A stretch of 64,000 nucleotides of DNA from Glaucostegus cemiculus (Eukaryota), in assembly GCA_976551045.1 (NCBI GenBank), contig CDPCPM010000007.1, positions 8,618,001-8,682,000 of the forward strand, in the 5' to 3' direction. Shown here piece by piece: positions 1 through 12,700 of this stretch. A model generated the notes under the pieces. The model saw only the letters and a list, made by a program, of their open reading frames with translations. It was not told the origin of the DNA and ran no database searches. Position 1 is the first letter of the stretch. Each line of letters opens with the position of its first letter. The position numbers and the translations under genes are program-made.

Positions 1-684
1 TAGGTAGAGAATTTTGGGAATTATCCATTTCCCAAATGTTCCACTGCAATTCATTGCGAGGACATTCTTTATATTTTCATAACCTGCTCCTAAGATAATG
101 GACCAACTGGCTCCCTGTCAGGAGGGGAAGCAGCAGAGGAATTGATACCAGATGGAGGTGGTGAGGGTGGTGAGGTGATGTCGGATAGGGTGGAAGGATA
201 TGAGAACTCTGAGATTCAAGGGGACAATGTGAATCAGAGGCTGGGAGGTCAGAAATCATGAGAGTCAAAGATCAGAGGTGGGGAGAGTCAGCAACTGGGG
301 AAAGGGGGGAGGGAGTCAGAGAGTATAGGGAGAGGTGTGGAAACTAGAGATCATGGGGTTGAATTATGAGGTTAGCTTGTTCAGTAAAAAGGAAACACTC
401 CTTCTTTGCCCATCTATAAGTAAATACATTAACCTCATAAACCTAGCCATTTTCACTGCTGGTAAACCCAGCCCAGCGTCAAAAGTAAAAATCCTGTTTA
501 AATTTGAGGCAAACAGCTCCTTTGTAAAATTTCCATGACTGACATATCTCCTGAGAGCAGTTTGGTTGACTGCCCCTGACCTGCTCACACTAACTTCTCA
601 CTCTTTCTACCCAATACCATCTGTTAACAAGGGTTAAACTTCCCTCACTCTGTTTGAGAGATTGTCCTCACCCATACTGTAAAT

Positions 685-812
685 ACACACACACACACAG
701 ACATGCACACACACTTATAAACAGACGCACAAACACAGAGGCATGTACACTCCCACACGCACAGATATAGACACACACATATACACACACGTACATGTAT
801 GCATATACAATA
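685..812. repeat. Degenerate (CA)n/(TA)n microsatellite
   Basis: Interrupted ACACAC runs seen directly. Confidence 0.85.
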
Positions 813-899
813 TACAAATTTCAGTGGATCCAGATTTTACACATAGTGATCTGCATGCTGCCAGTAATCACTAGTCCATAGGATCAGTCTCTTCTTTAA

Positions 900-1055
900 A
901 AATCTCCATTCCCTTTGACCTTGGGACTGCACACACTCCTACCGTCCCCCTCTCACTAGGACTTGCCTATCACCTGAACTCACCTATCCCCTGCCTGTAT
1001 GTGCTCCTCCCCCTCCCCCCACCACCTTATTCTGACTTCTTCTCTCTTCCTCATT
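900..1055 (+). mobile_element. Penelope-like element 3' fragment
   Basis: tcacctgaactcacctatcccctgcc...cctccccctcccccaccaccttattctg resembles 22620-22735 of the long Penelope copy in this window. Confidence 0.55.
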
Positions 1056-1189
1056 CATAGAGTGAATGATATCACTCTATCATTTATTGTCACACATCTG
1101 TATCCTTCAGCTACTTAGCCATCTCCTGTTTTCCACTGCAGTGCATTATAGATCTTTTCTATGTTTTCTCCTGCGTGCATGCACACACT

Positions 1190-1395
1190 TGATCCACCTG
1201 TTCCACCACAGCCATTCTCTACATTTAGTTTTGCTCCTTCTTAATTGTTATCCTCCTGTAATTTCATTTTGTTCTGACAAAAGGTCCACATTTGAAAAGT
1301 TAACTGATTTGTTGTCCCTATAGATCTATTAAATTTTCTACCAATTTCTAATTTTGTTTCAGGATTCCAACATCTGCAGTGTTTTGATTTTTGTT
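1190..1395 (+). mobile_element. Decayed Penelope-like 3' terminal fragment with degenerate hammerhead core
   Basis: gttCTGACAA-aaggtccacattt-GAAA-agttaac and the tail ttcaggattccaacatctgcagt parallel 22737-22860. Confidence 0.6.
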
Positions 1396-2321
1396 TATGG
1401 TGTTTAAATAAGATTATGTCGCACATTTTCTAATTATGGGTTGGGGATACAAAGCTGCACAGGATCAATGTTTATCTTTTCAAACCAATGGATTAATTAT
1501 TTTATATATTTCTTAAAGGTGGCAAAAATTTATTCCAACATTATTTCAAAATAATGTACTAATTCTGTTGTCTTCAAACAAATTTTTTCTGCAAAACATT
1601 CTATTTCAGTTTATGGACAGTGTGTGAAGTACATATACAGGTATGTTTTGCATGATGTTAATATCTCCCCTTATTAGTTATATTAATTAGAAATCTGTTT
1701 CATTACATATTGATATGGAAACCTTTCTAACAAGCAAATTTAAATATTATATTTTGGGATCATCATTGAACCCGTGATTTGTTTTCCTAATTTCCTTTAA
1801 TCTGTATTCTCTAGCAATTTATCAAATGGAAAGAATTTTTTTTCTAAAGACCTGTAACTATTAAATACTAGAAAGAAAATCCAGGACCTGTGTAATTTCT
1901 TTTGTTTTGAATAATGCATTGGTTGAAGAAATAATTCTTTCAATAAGTGAACTGGCATTAATTTGAAGGTCTTTGTAAAAATAGAGCCAAGTAAGTCTAG
2001 CTGCCAAATTATTAGAACATAATTTTCTTGCAGCCACTTTCCTTAAATCAATTGAAACATACAATATCATGCAGCTATACCATAAGCAGCACTTAATGCA
2101 CTTCAGGGCCATAAATGCCTTCAGCCATTATATCTGACAAAAAAAAAGCATATCAAAATAAATAAAACAGAATATTCAAAATGATAGCTTCCGTTTCACA
2201 ATACTGTACCAGTGATATAACTGCATTGAGGGCATCAAAATGGCTTTAAAGCTCATTCAGGAAGTGAAAACAATAGTGATGACTCTGCATTTGAAACATA
2301 GTAAAGATTCCTTTAGTACAC

Positions 2322-2536
2322 CTGCCTTCTGTTTGCTTTCATGCTTGTTCTCCTCCTCCTGTTGCAGGTTTTCTGAGGGACTCAGTAAATGCTGCTGAAT
2401 CTTTGGAAAAATCCACCTCTAAATTCTTGGCTTAAGCTGAAGAATTGGGAGATCTAGGCGAAGGCCAGGACAGTTCTCTTTCAGCTTGTCTCGCTGCTAC
2501 CTGCAGTTTGGAATCTTGGTTTCCCCCTTCAGTGAT
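2322..2536 (-). other. Candidate internal exon, mostly 5'UTR; possible start ATG at 2342 (MKANRRQ/MKANR)
   Basis: Strong acceptor tctttctcttttttttcccgtccctctgaag| on minus strand; donor either CAG|GTGTAC (end 2322) or GC-type AAG|GCAGGT (end 2326); more GC-rich than flanks; all three frames contain stops upstream of the ATG. Confidence 0.55.
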
Positions 2537-3770
2537 CTTCAGAGGGACGGGAAAAAAAAGAGAAAGAAGTAGAGTCATACAAAATGCATAAGCTGTGTTC
2601 TGAAAAAAAGTCTTGCACTTTCACTAAGCTTTTACTTTCCATAGTCAATAATACGAAATATGCTAGGTCTGAATGATTGCACATTCAGTTAAATTTCCCA
2701 TGACATTTAGTTTATTCAAGTAAACAAAAATATTGAAAATGTCAAAATAATAGTCTAATATAGCTTATTAGTTGTATTAATGATTGGAAGCTTGTAAAAC
2801 ATAACAGCATAAAAGTCATAAATAATTCATTAAAGTAAGGCATTTTAGACACAACAGATATAAAGATAATAAGTAAGGTTTTCATTATTAAAACTGCAAT
2901 ATTCCATTTTACTGGCCTCACAATCCACTTTGCAGCCTTCAACATTTTGTTTTAATACAAACCAATATATAAGCCTTCAATCAGATTTTGAAAAATACAC
3001 TCTGAAGCTAACACCAGTCTTTTGAGACACTTAAGTTCTGGTAGCCAATGTTTCTCCAGGGACCATGAAAAAAAATTACTTTTAAGTTATACATTTCAGC
3101 TTTTAATAACCACAACAGTGAATACTATAACTGGTCTAGGTTAGTATATTGATGTAGGCATACTACATAAGCTACATCAAAAGACAAGGCCAAAATAAAA
3201 AGTAAGGGTTGCTTATATGATTGAAAATGATTTACTATCCTACACAACAAAACAATAATTTCCACAATTTTATATCTTTCAATCATGATAAGAAGCTTTG
3301 TTCATTTTTCCAAAATGATCTGGTTTGTTTATGTGTGTACTTGTAATATTGATTGAGATCTGATAAGTCAGTTATCATTTTAAAATTGTTAACAGTTGAT
3401 TTAAAAATGGTAACTTCTCCATTTCCAAGTGAAGAAGCGATGTACCAATATTTTTCTACATTAACAATGAAATTGTAGCATTGCCAATTAAATAATATTT
3501 AGAGAAACTCAGAACAGGTGAAGCTGCCTGATAATATTAACTCTGGCAACATTACAGTGGCTATTCTATGCATATTGGCACAGGCTGCAGTCTAAATACT
3601 TAGTCCTTATAACTTCTGAAACTAACATCTTCAAACTTAGGGATACTGAAAAATAAAATAATATTTTAGTTAAAGATATACATTGTATTCAGATAGTGTT
3701 TGTTATGTACTGTAATATTGTATAAGTTTCAATGTTTACAGTACTTGTACTTAAATTGTCCAAGTAATTT

Positions 3771-3915
3771 GAAATAAAAACATAAAATGTTGGCAACACT
3801 CAGCAAGTCAGGCAGCATCTGTGGGGAGAGAAATAGAGTTAGCATTTCAGGTTGATGAACTTTCATTATTTTTTGTTATTACTTTATTTTTCCAGGGCCT
3901 GCAGTATTTTGTTCT
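3771..3915 (-). mobile_element. Short Penelope-like 3' terminal fragment
   Basis: Reverse complement reads ...atgaaagttcatcaacctgaaatgctaactctatttctctccccacagatgctgcctgacttgctgagtg..., same motif family as 22742-22830. Confidence 0.7.
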
Positions 3916-5118
3916 TGTACAGGTAATTGTTCTTTTCAATAGGTAAAATCTAACTTCCTTTTAGTACTGAAATACAATGAAGCACCAAAATGGTGCTTCA
4001 ATTAAATCTCATCTTTCACCATTTTTTATAAATATTCATCAAATTTGAGAAGCTACCTAGTGGTTCTCACCAATTTATATTTGTTCTATGCACTTGACAG
4101 CAAATAATCAATTTTAATTATTACGGTAGTCTTCTTAATATTTAACCTAGTGAAAGTTAGAAAAAACAGATGTTATAACATAAAATATTGTGGATGAACA
4201 TTGTGATAATTCATGAACTCAAAAGGAACATAATGGCTGATATTTAATAGTCTCAGCAAAAAGATTGTAATTTCACCAAAACTGAATATTGTACTGACTT
4301 AATGCACCGTCTAGGGCTTGTCACTTTTAAAGCACAACTTGTGGCCATGTGCAAACATGAAATCTGACAGTATTGACTAAATTAGGTTCACTGATTTGTA
4401 CTGAGACTAATATCTTCTTTAAACACTTCCCCGTAAATTGTCCATATAAAGTCATTGAAAGCTATTCCTCAGGACAGTCTTGCTGTCTGGCTACCTGACG
4501 GTGTGAGGAAGGTAATCAATAGAAGGAAATAGAGATGAGCATGAGACTTGAAGGTTTCAGAGCAGTTAGTACTGATAAAAGTAGACGGTGTCAATATTTG
4601 GGAATAACACAACATTGGGATAATAGACAAAAGCGAAGTGCATATGTAGTCCAGTGTTCAAACAGGGACCAAATTAATGCAAAGGTATCAGATGTTCCCT
4701 GAGGCAATGTAAGACTGTGTCTAGAGCAGGTAATACTGGAGTTCTATGAAAAAACAGCACCTTCAAAATGATACTTCTTTCTTTCCAGAAAATATATACG
4801 AAGAGCATTCAGCTGTTAAAAATCTAAATCCATTGCAATCTCGAATAAATGACTTGACAGCACATATTGTGCATACACTACCATCTTCGTATCTGCATGT
4901 TGAACCTAAACTAAAATGTATACACATCTGTGACTGATTGAAATTTTAACTGAGCACTCAAAACTTTGCTGATTGACAACAATTTCTTTGAACAAAATTC
5001 TTAATATCGTTAAACAATTTCAATCAAAATGACAATGTTGACAGATTTTTTAATTTGGAAAGATAATCAATGTTACGTTTACATGAAATTCTAAGGTGCA
5101 AAATTGAAACCTGCTGAT

Positions 5119-5165
5119 TATATATTAACTTGAATATATATTAACTTGAATATATATTAACTTGA
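5119..5165. repeat. Tandem repeat 3 x TATATATTAACTTGAA (16 bp)
   Basis: Two full copies plus a 15-nt third copy seen directly. Confidence 0.95.
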
Positions 5166-7746
5166 GTTCAACAGTATTCACTATTACTGTCATTTGAGGA
5201 AGTCCTGCAAACAGTGCCAATCTTATGGTGGATGGAACATGACATCACCTGTAATCAAGAGCAGATACCTGTGTAAAAGATTGGGTGTTTGAGATAATAC
5301 TAGATTATGTTGCTTTTTTACCATCAGAAGTAAAATGAACTAAATAGCATTTTCGCTAGGCAAAGGGTGAGTGGATGTTTACTCTGGAAAACTAAGACAA
5401 GATTTAATGTCAATTTGGGATGAGCAAACTTAAATTTGGATATCGTCTTATCTTTTAAATATACATTAGACTGAGCAGCAAGACGGCAATGTAAAGATTT
5501 TGTATTTCAGAAGTTGCTGTGTGTCCATATTTTAAGATACAGTTATAGAGCCACTTTTAGTCTTTGCTATCATGTACAACAAATTAGTTTTGTTCATGAT
5601 TAATGCAAAAAGCAAAACAAGTGTACACTTGTTTAAAAACCAGACCTTGCCTGATTTTATTTGGATGAAGATTTTTGAATGTAAAAAGGCAGTTTCTGTA
5701 ACTGCATATACTGATGTGGGGATATTAATATTTACAATGCAACATCTTATTTTGCAGCATATGTTAACCTTACAACATCAGCTTCTCATAAAAGGCTCAT
5801 TCATTATCAAGTACTTTACTTAAATTTGAAGGAAAAAAAGCCTTTCAAAAGCACTTTGCAATTTCATTTAGATTTTTTTTTCAGATCTGTACAGCAAATA
5901 ATTTGCTAATATTATGCCACTTCCACCTTTTGTCACACTTATACACCAGAAAATTGGTTCCATTTCATATCTGGTCGACATTGAATTAAAACCATCTATT
6001 TCGAAGGATAGTACGATGTCAAGGAAGAGTGAAATTGAGTTCCTTTGTTAAAAAATGCACAAACACTTCCAGACATCCGAACATTTGAAAGTAGTTTATT
6101 ATGTATTTAATGCAGAAAATAGCTCTGGATACAGAATTCTCACTTATAATTGCAACTGACTTTTATGTTTACACCTTGTAATAAGTTAAAAGCATCAATC
6201 ATTTTTTTGGCTTGGAGAATATTTCAAATAATTTAAACATAATGCATTTTAAATAATCATAGATTTTTATGCAATGAAGCAAACTGAGTAAAATTAATTT
6301 ATTAAATTTACGTAGTTAGAGTATTTATTAAGATTACATAAAATATTTAAAATTTTAGGAACTCAGTGTTTTTGCTGTACTGGTTATTTAAACACTGAAA
6401 TGAAAGTGTATGCAGGCAGGAGTAATAATCTGGTACAGTATGAGGTGGGACTAAGTTAGGATCCTACACTAAAGGTTGGTTTCATTTGTCTGTAGGCATT
6501 TATTTATTCACAGACGTTCAACAGATTTTCAAACTTGCAATGCATAAAAAAAATGGTATAATATTAAAATACAATGGGAGAAACAAACATGAAAGCACAG
6601 TATTTAAAAAGCAGTTTCTGATTCAGTTAATGTGCTGAATAACAGCTTATGTATATTCCATAGCAGAAATACTGAATGCCTCTTGACAATTGCATTAGGT
6701 GTAATCATGAAATAGCTCTGATATACATGTTTTATGTATGCTTCAGAGTAAGTGAAGAATTAAAGATCCAGAGTTTTTTCTGATTTGGGGTGGAATGTGA
6801 CGAGACAGCATGATAGGGTAGATTTATGGAAGCTAGTAAGAAATGGGGCTTGCAAAGGTTATGGCATGCATAGAAAAAAACTACGCCTGTAAGCTGCTGA
6901 TTTACGTTGACACATATCCAGATGAAATTCTCGTTTGTAAATTGCCTGGAGTGGTCATTTTGAGGTTGCACTTTATGAAGTGTTTGACATCTTAGACAAT
7001 GTACATAACTATGCCATGAACGACTATGCAAAGATAATGTTAAATGTATTTACTGGTGCATGTCTGTAAATTCACTTTTATAATTGTGATATTGATTGAA
7101 CATTGAGATAACATTCCTAATTAGGTTATGGTACTCTGGCTGCCTCTGCTGTGTCAGTCATTTTTTGTTAGATTCCTTACATCCACATTTAGCAATCCAG
7201 ACTTAAAAGATATAAGAAAGTTTAATACATGCATGCTCAATGTCACAGGGTTTTATTGTAAGTGACAGAGATTAAAAAAGGTGGAAGGTATATTTCGAAG
7301 GTTGGGTTTAGGTTACCATTATCAAAGGAATGAGAAGGTGCTTAACTTTGCTACTGACCCAAATCATAGCTTAGGACTGTTACTTGATACAATTTTTTAA
7401 GGAGGAGTATGATTATTGAGCACACTTGAAGCTACTCTGCAATTTCTATGCAATATGTAATCTCTTTGAGTAGAGAAGTAATAATATTCAATGTAACAAA
7501 GCAATATCCTTTTTGCTACTCCTTTTAGATGCACTGCTCCTGTTTGTGATGCTGTTACAATCATATATACATAACAGTCTAATGTACCAAATGTAGCTAA
7601 AACAATAGAAACCATTGAAAGATCTTTGGAATATTACGATAATATGTAATGATTAGAGTTTCTTGAAATTCATCAGAACTTTGCACAATGCCTGAGGCAG
7701 TTCCGAGTGATGGGTAAATTGTCAAAGATTCAACCCTACTGGGGCT

Positions 7747-7830
7747 GCCCAGTTGTTCAAGCAGTTGAGGAGTTGGCTTTCAGCCAGAAGGTCCTATGTT
7801 TGAGTTTCAAGCTGCCTGTCATTCAAGCCC
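7747..7830 (+). mobile_element. Degenerate tRNA-derived SINE head
   Basis: Anticodon-like hairpin TTGGC-TTTCA-GCCAG, then AGGTC and a decayed B-box (GTTTGAGT); acceptor and T stems do not pair. Confidence 0.35.
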
Positions 7831-8869
7831 ATTCACCACAACTATACACATTTTCTCACTTCTCAGACAGCCCACTAGATGGGCTGGCATGTGATGGTGA
7901 GAAATTAATCTTGGGCTGGAAAATGGCTTTGGATATTTCAATTGGAACCACACAAGTAAAAAAGACACAATTCCTTTGCTGTCAGTTAAGATAAGCAAAA
8001 GCAGAAATTCATGTCCCCAATAAATGCAGCAAGTTTAATTATTAAAAATTATACAGTGAAATGCATTATATTTATTTCTGTTTTGTCACTGTTAATGTTA
8101 AAATATTTGTTATTTTATAAGAAAACAGTGCATCTAATTTTCATTTCTAAAAGATTAATCGAATTTCAGATGTGAGATGCGCTTGAGTTTTTAAGGATTT
8201 CTAAGCATGTTTGCAATAATGCTATTTTCTTGTATGTTCTATTCTTATATAATTCAGCACTGATGGGGCAATTTCCTTTGAATTCACATCATTTGTCTCA
8301 GGTTCACTGTTAATGAAGACAGAAGAGTAACTTTTTATAAATAAGTAAAATAGGACAACCGTTATGACACATAAGCACCAGAAATACATTAGTGGTTACT
8401 GTGGATGGGATGATTGTTTTGCATAATATTTCCACTTAACTGCTCTTCACTTAAAATAACATATTTTCTTCTTTTCATTTTTCTTGGCATTGATTCTTCA
8501 GTCAAGGCAATTACAAGTAAAATCATTTTTGGTCAGATAAAATATTTCAGAACTTCCCAAACCAGAAATGACTGAAAAACTGGATTATTATATTTCATTA
8601 TACTGCATAATTCTTTCTTTCTTGTGAAATGTTGATATTTATTTGCAACTACATGAACGGTAATGCCAGGAAATGTAACACTCTACTATTCTCTATCTAT
8701 ACTTTGCTCCATCAGAGATATGGTATGAGCTATTACGAGACACAGACTTATATATCTTAATTCTAGCTTTGCAATCCTCAAACAAACACATTGCAGTCAT
8801 TTATATATATGTGTCTTCTATTATTGGTGCCACTTTGAATGAGGTTCAGAATGCAATAGTTATTGATGA

Positions 8870-9045
8870 ACCAGATTGCAATTTCATCTTATGCACACAT
8901 TCTCACTAAAACTGGATTGAGAACGGCTGAAATGATTTTACATAGATGCCTTGACAGCATTAGTTAGAGGAGACTTTCATTGCATTCCTGAGTCACATTC
9001 AAACTCAGGTCCCGGAGGTGAAAGGAAGCAATCTGACATGTAATG
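8870..9045 (-). mobile_element. LF-SINE-like ancient SINE
   Basis: Minus strand: cctttcacctccgggacctgagtttgaa...gaaagtctcctct...ctatgtaaaatcatttcagccgttctcaatccagttttagtg, collinear with recalled LF-SINE motifs CCTTTCACCTCT..GGTTCGAAT..GAAAGTC..CTATGTGAAATGAGTT..CTCAGTCCAGTTCCTAGTG. Confidence 0.6.
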
Positions 9046-11049
9046 CTAAGTCTCCAGCCATTTAGATTACCACGTTTTGAAAAAAAAACACTATTCCCTA
9101 CCATTACAAAATGACAATGTCAACCTTAGACGGCCCTCCACACTTTTTTTAAGCTCATAATCCCAAGATTCTCAACTCGTACCATACAAGTAAGAATATT
9201 CCTTAACTGACCAGCTGCAGAAATGAGGAATTTTTATTTGTACAGTATGTTTCTTAAGATAGAAATAGCCTCAGAATTTAAAACTTTGCTTCCATTTTCC
9301 AGCTCTGCATTATCCAAAATTATTAAAAAATCATATTTTTCCTTCCCTTTTCAGAAATATTGTGTTTATTTGTTCCTGATCAGATATTAAAAGTATTTCA
9401 AAAGAAGTAAGCAGTAAATTAAAGGTAATTATCTTTTACTGTAACCCAGATATTGCAGTGTAGAAGAAAAATCATCTAAAGTTAGTTGTATGTTTAAATC
9501 TAGTTTACTTCCTAGCTTTCATTTACATTATGGTAACTTTACATTAAGAGTAGCCAGAAAGAAAATGGTGGTAGGACATCACTGAATGCGGAAAGACATT
9601 CTGAAAGAGACTGGGCAACCATTTTCAGTTTGCAGTTATTACCCAAAAAGGCATACAGATACAGGACTTTGATGAAATCAGCTAAAAAAATGTTACATTG
9701 AAATTTAGTTCCTATTAAGCATTACTTTGTCAGAAATATATTTTCAAGTAATATCAGCTAATGGAAAATTTCATGTACCACCTAACACCAAGCTTCTCTG
9801 TGTTCTCAGTTAGGTACAGGAAACAGCAATAAGACAATTAAGCTAAGTAAATTCGCATTTCGATTTGTTGCTTGCTTGATTTTGAAAACTATGAAGCAGT
9901 TCTACTGATGTCTTTAAAGTACCATAAAAACTTCCAGATGACAACATTTAGGGTGTTTCCATGCCCAGTAAAAATGAAGGCAGCATTGATTAAGTGGCGT
10001 CATAACTGCACTCAAAAATACATTTAGTTACTTTAATGACAGTCTGCATTTGAAATCTAATCTATTGCTTGTTGCATCAGGATGCAACATTAAAAAAATT
10101 CAAGACATAAAATTAAAAAAAACAATTTGCAAAGTAAATCTTGGCCAGCAAGTATTGTATGCAATTTTCTTCCACTTCAGGTATTATTCAGATATAATCC
10201 TTCTGATTCAATTTTTTAAGCAAAAGCCAAAGCTTTTAAGCAGGATTTATGACAATGTGTATACAAATCATCAACATGAACTCATTATAAAGGCATCACA
10301 GCATATTATCTATATATCTGTACATCTATGCCTATAAACATATAATTGCCCCCTTATAATAATGCTTAATGAACCTTTAGTTTGCATAAGTAGGAAGCAT
10401 TCTTTTAACATTCACCTTGCTTGAATTGCCTGCACAAAGTATTCAGTTTGACAAGATCTCCATGAGTTCAAATAGCTGCAAATACATGATGTTAGGAATG
10501 AAGCAACATGACTGGTTTTACAAAACGGAAAGGCAGCTAGTAAAGAATCTCAATGAAATAAATGATACATCTGATATTCACATAATTTTTTCAATGATGA
10601 CATGGAATTATTGGGCCACATGTACTCTTTACAATGTATAACAATTTTACTGAGGTAAAAGTGACATAAACAGTTGAGGCTGCATCTTATTTACTTTGCT
10701 ATTGAAAGGTACAGATTTTCAAAGTGGTTACAAGATGAAATTGTCAATTTTCTTTGTTTAGCACCACTGATCTCGAACTAAAAGATGAGCAGTAATGTAC
10801 TTTAATGTTAGTGATATGTTTTGCATTCTAATAATACAGACTTAAAAAAGACAAAATGATTTCTAAGCTGAAGCAGCAAAATAGCAGAGTGACTAAGTAC
10901 ATTTTTCTGCCTTTGTGCTAAAGAATCAGTAGGTTTTAAATTACACCATCTCAAGTCTTTGCTCTTCAATCCTTTAATCCTGGTGGAGCAGAGGTTTCAG
11001 TTCAAGATAACTTCACGTAGAACATTAAAAAAAGATCCAGTGAGCCTAC

Positions 11050-11097
11050 CTCAAGTATGCTGATGATTTTTTTCAGCTGCAATCTATCATTTGTGTC
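11050..11097 (-). other. Candidate 48-nt exon (frame 0 reads DTNDRLQLKKIISILE)
   Basis: Acceptor ttttataccgcag| and donor GAG|GTAGGC; length divisible by 3; only frame 0 is open. Confidence 0.5.
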
Positions 11098-11259
11098 CTG
11101 CGGTATAAAATGACTTCAAGGCAAAACCAGTGTCAAACAATTAACGTATTTTCACTGAAAACAATCAGCACCAAGAAGAATAGGACTCCATCCTTTTTTT
11201 AGTAAGGTTGCATGAAAAGCAATAAATGCGTTCACATGAGACACTGCAGCCATTTGTAC

Positions 11260-11390
11260 CTGTGGTTTTCATCACTTTTGACTGGGGTTCCTTACACGAG
11301 TGAGTCTATCTGAACTGCATGACTTCAAATGAAGAGGGAAGCAAGACTGACAGCCTTTACATCTGGTAGGCACCACTCTGCCTCTCATTC
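11260..11390 (-). other. Possible alternative first (non-coding) exon
   Basis: Donor CAG|GTACAA at 11260; TATTTAA at ~11393-11399 on minus strand; 5' end approximate. Confidence 0.25.
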
Positions 11391-12339
11391 AGTTAAATAA
11401 GTTACGTCAGGTTTCAAAAAGTTGGAGAGCTGAATTAAAGCAATTATGTCTGCAAAATGTTTCTGGCTAACATTGGACATATATACTTTTATGTCAATCA
11501 TTGCCATGTGTTTTTAATAAAACATATACTTTGCGTACTTAAAATTAATCTTATTCTGTTAATTTTCCCTTGCCAAAATATTACAGGCCTAAACATATCT
11601 AATTTTACATAAATAATGAAGTCACATCATAAAGTGCACACAGTTACTAAAATTGCTCAATTCAGCCATAATTGTGTATTCATGAGTCACACCCATCATC
11701 TGAAGTAATAATCTCCAGGTGCTGTATTTTTTAACAAGGCAAAAGGATAGTTAGTAGGATATGGAATGAACTCTGGCTTTGGCTCTTTTAATTAAAATTA
11801 TGCAATGGTATTTGCACAGTGGGTTAATCAAGCAGAACCCACCCCCAACATACTGAAATGTGTATACCTTCCATAAACAGATTAATTCTAAGAGCATAAC
11901 ATTTTACAAATAATTTGAATTTCGTGGCTGGTCTATAAAATTCCTTAAAAGTTGTTGAACTTCAGGTTAATCAATTAATACAATTCATTAGTCCAACCAA
12001 TTAATGTCATTTATCTCTTTGTTTTCACCCAGAAAAAAAAATCAATTGAAGTGAATGGCTTCTTGTTGAAAAAAGTCTCATGTGAGGGCAAAAGGTTAAG
12101 ACATGTGTACAGCCGTATATAAAGCCTACAAATAATTGCAGTTAATTTTACATCTGGCTGCAGGAAAAATAATGGGCTAAGCAATCCAGACTGAATAGTT
12201 TCAAGTTTAACTCTCCTGCATTAATAACAGTCAAATACAAGTTTCACACATCACAGCTAAAATTGTGCCAGCTATTCAGCTAACAATTTTGTCAACAACT
12301 AGAAAAACAGAATAACTTGGCCTATTTGGCATTCCTTAC

Positions 12340-12700
12340 CTTATTTTACTGCAAGCCTCATCAAAATTTATTTGACCTTAATCATTGTTTCCATCAATTT
12401 TACAGTGATGTAAAAACCTCCTCAAAACACCATTTTCTCTTTCGTTACCAAGTCCTAAACCTAAATAACTGTCTCTGTTGTTACAACCACCACATCCCGA
12501 GTCCTGCTTTGGAATGAAGAAGGTGTAATTATGTCCTCTTTGCAATCTTTTTTAGATTTCTACTGATGCTAGGGAGTCTAATCTCATTCTCGCTTCTGCA
12601 CCGCAGACCACAGCCTGTTTCGAGCAGCCTGGAAATCTCTTACATCTGGAGAAGCAATAATTCATAGGATTTTACTTGACAGCCATGACAGGCAGCGGGG
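12340..12700 (-). other. Candidate alternative first exon (5'UTR)
   Basis: Strong donor AAG|GTAAGG at 12340; no long ORF; upstream 12.7-13.9 kb is GC-elevated and motif-rich; 5' end approximate. Confidence 0.45.

Noticed and set aside
77-345. Purine-rich block and 63-aa His/Pro-rich ORF
   Set aside because: Low-complexity sequence, probably an internal part of a decayed repeat; no splice or coding support
5119-5165. CRISPR-like array
   Set aside because: Head-to-tail 16-bp repeat with no spacers, in eukaryotic DNA with no cas genes
7747-7830. Functional tRNA gene
   Set aside because: Acceptor and T stems do not pair, anticodon loop is abnormal and B-box is decayed
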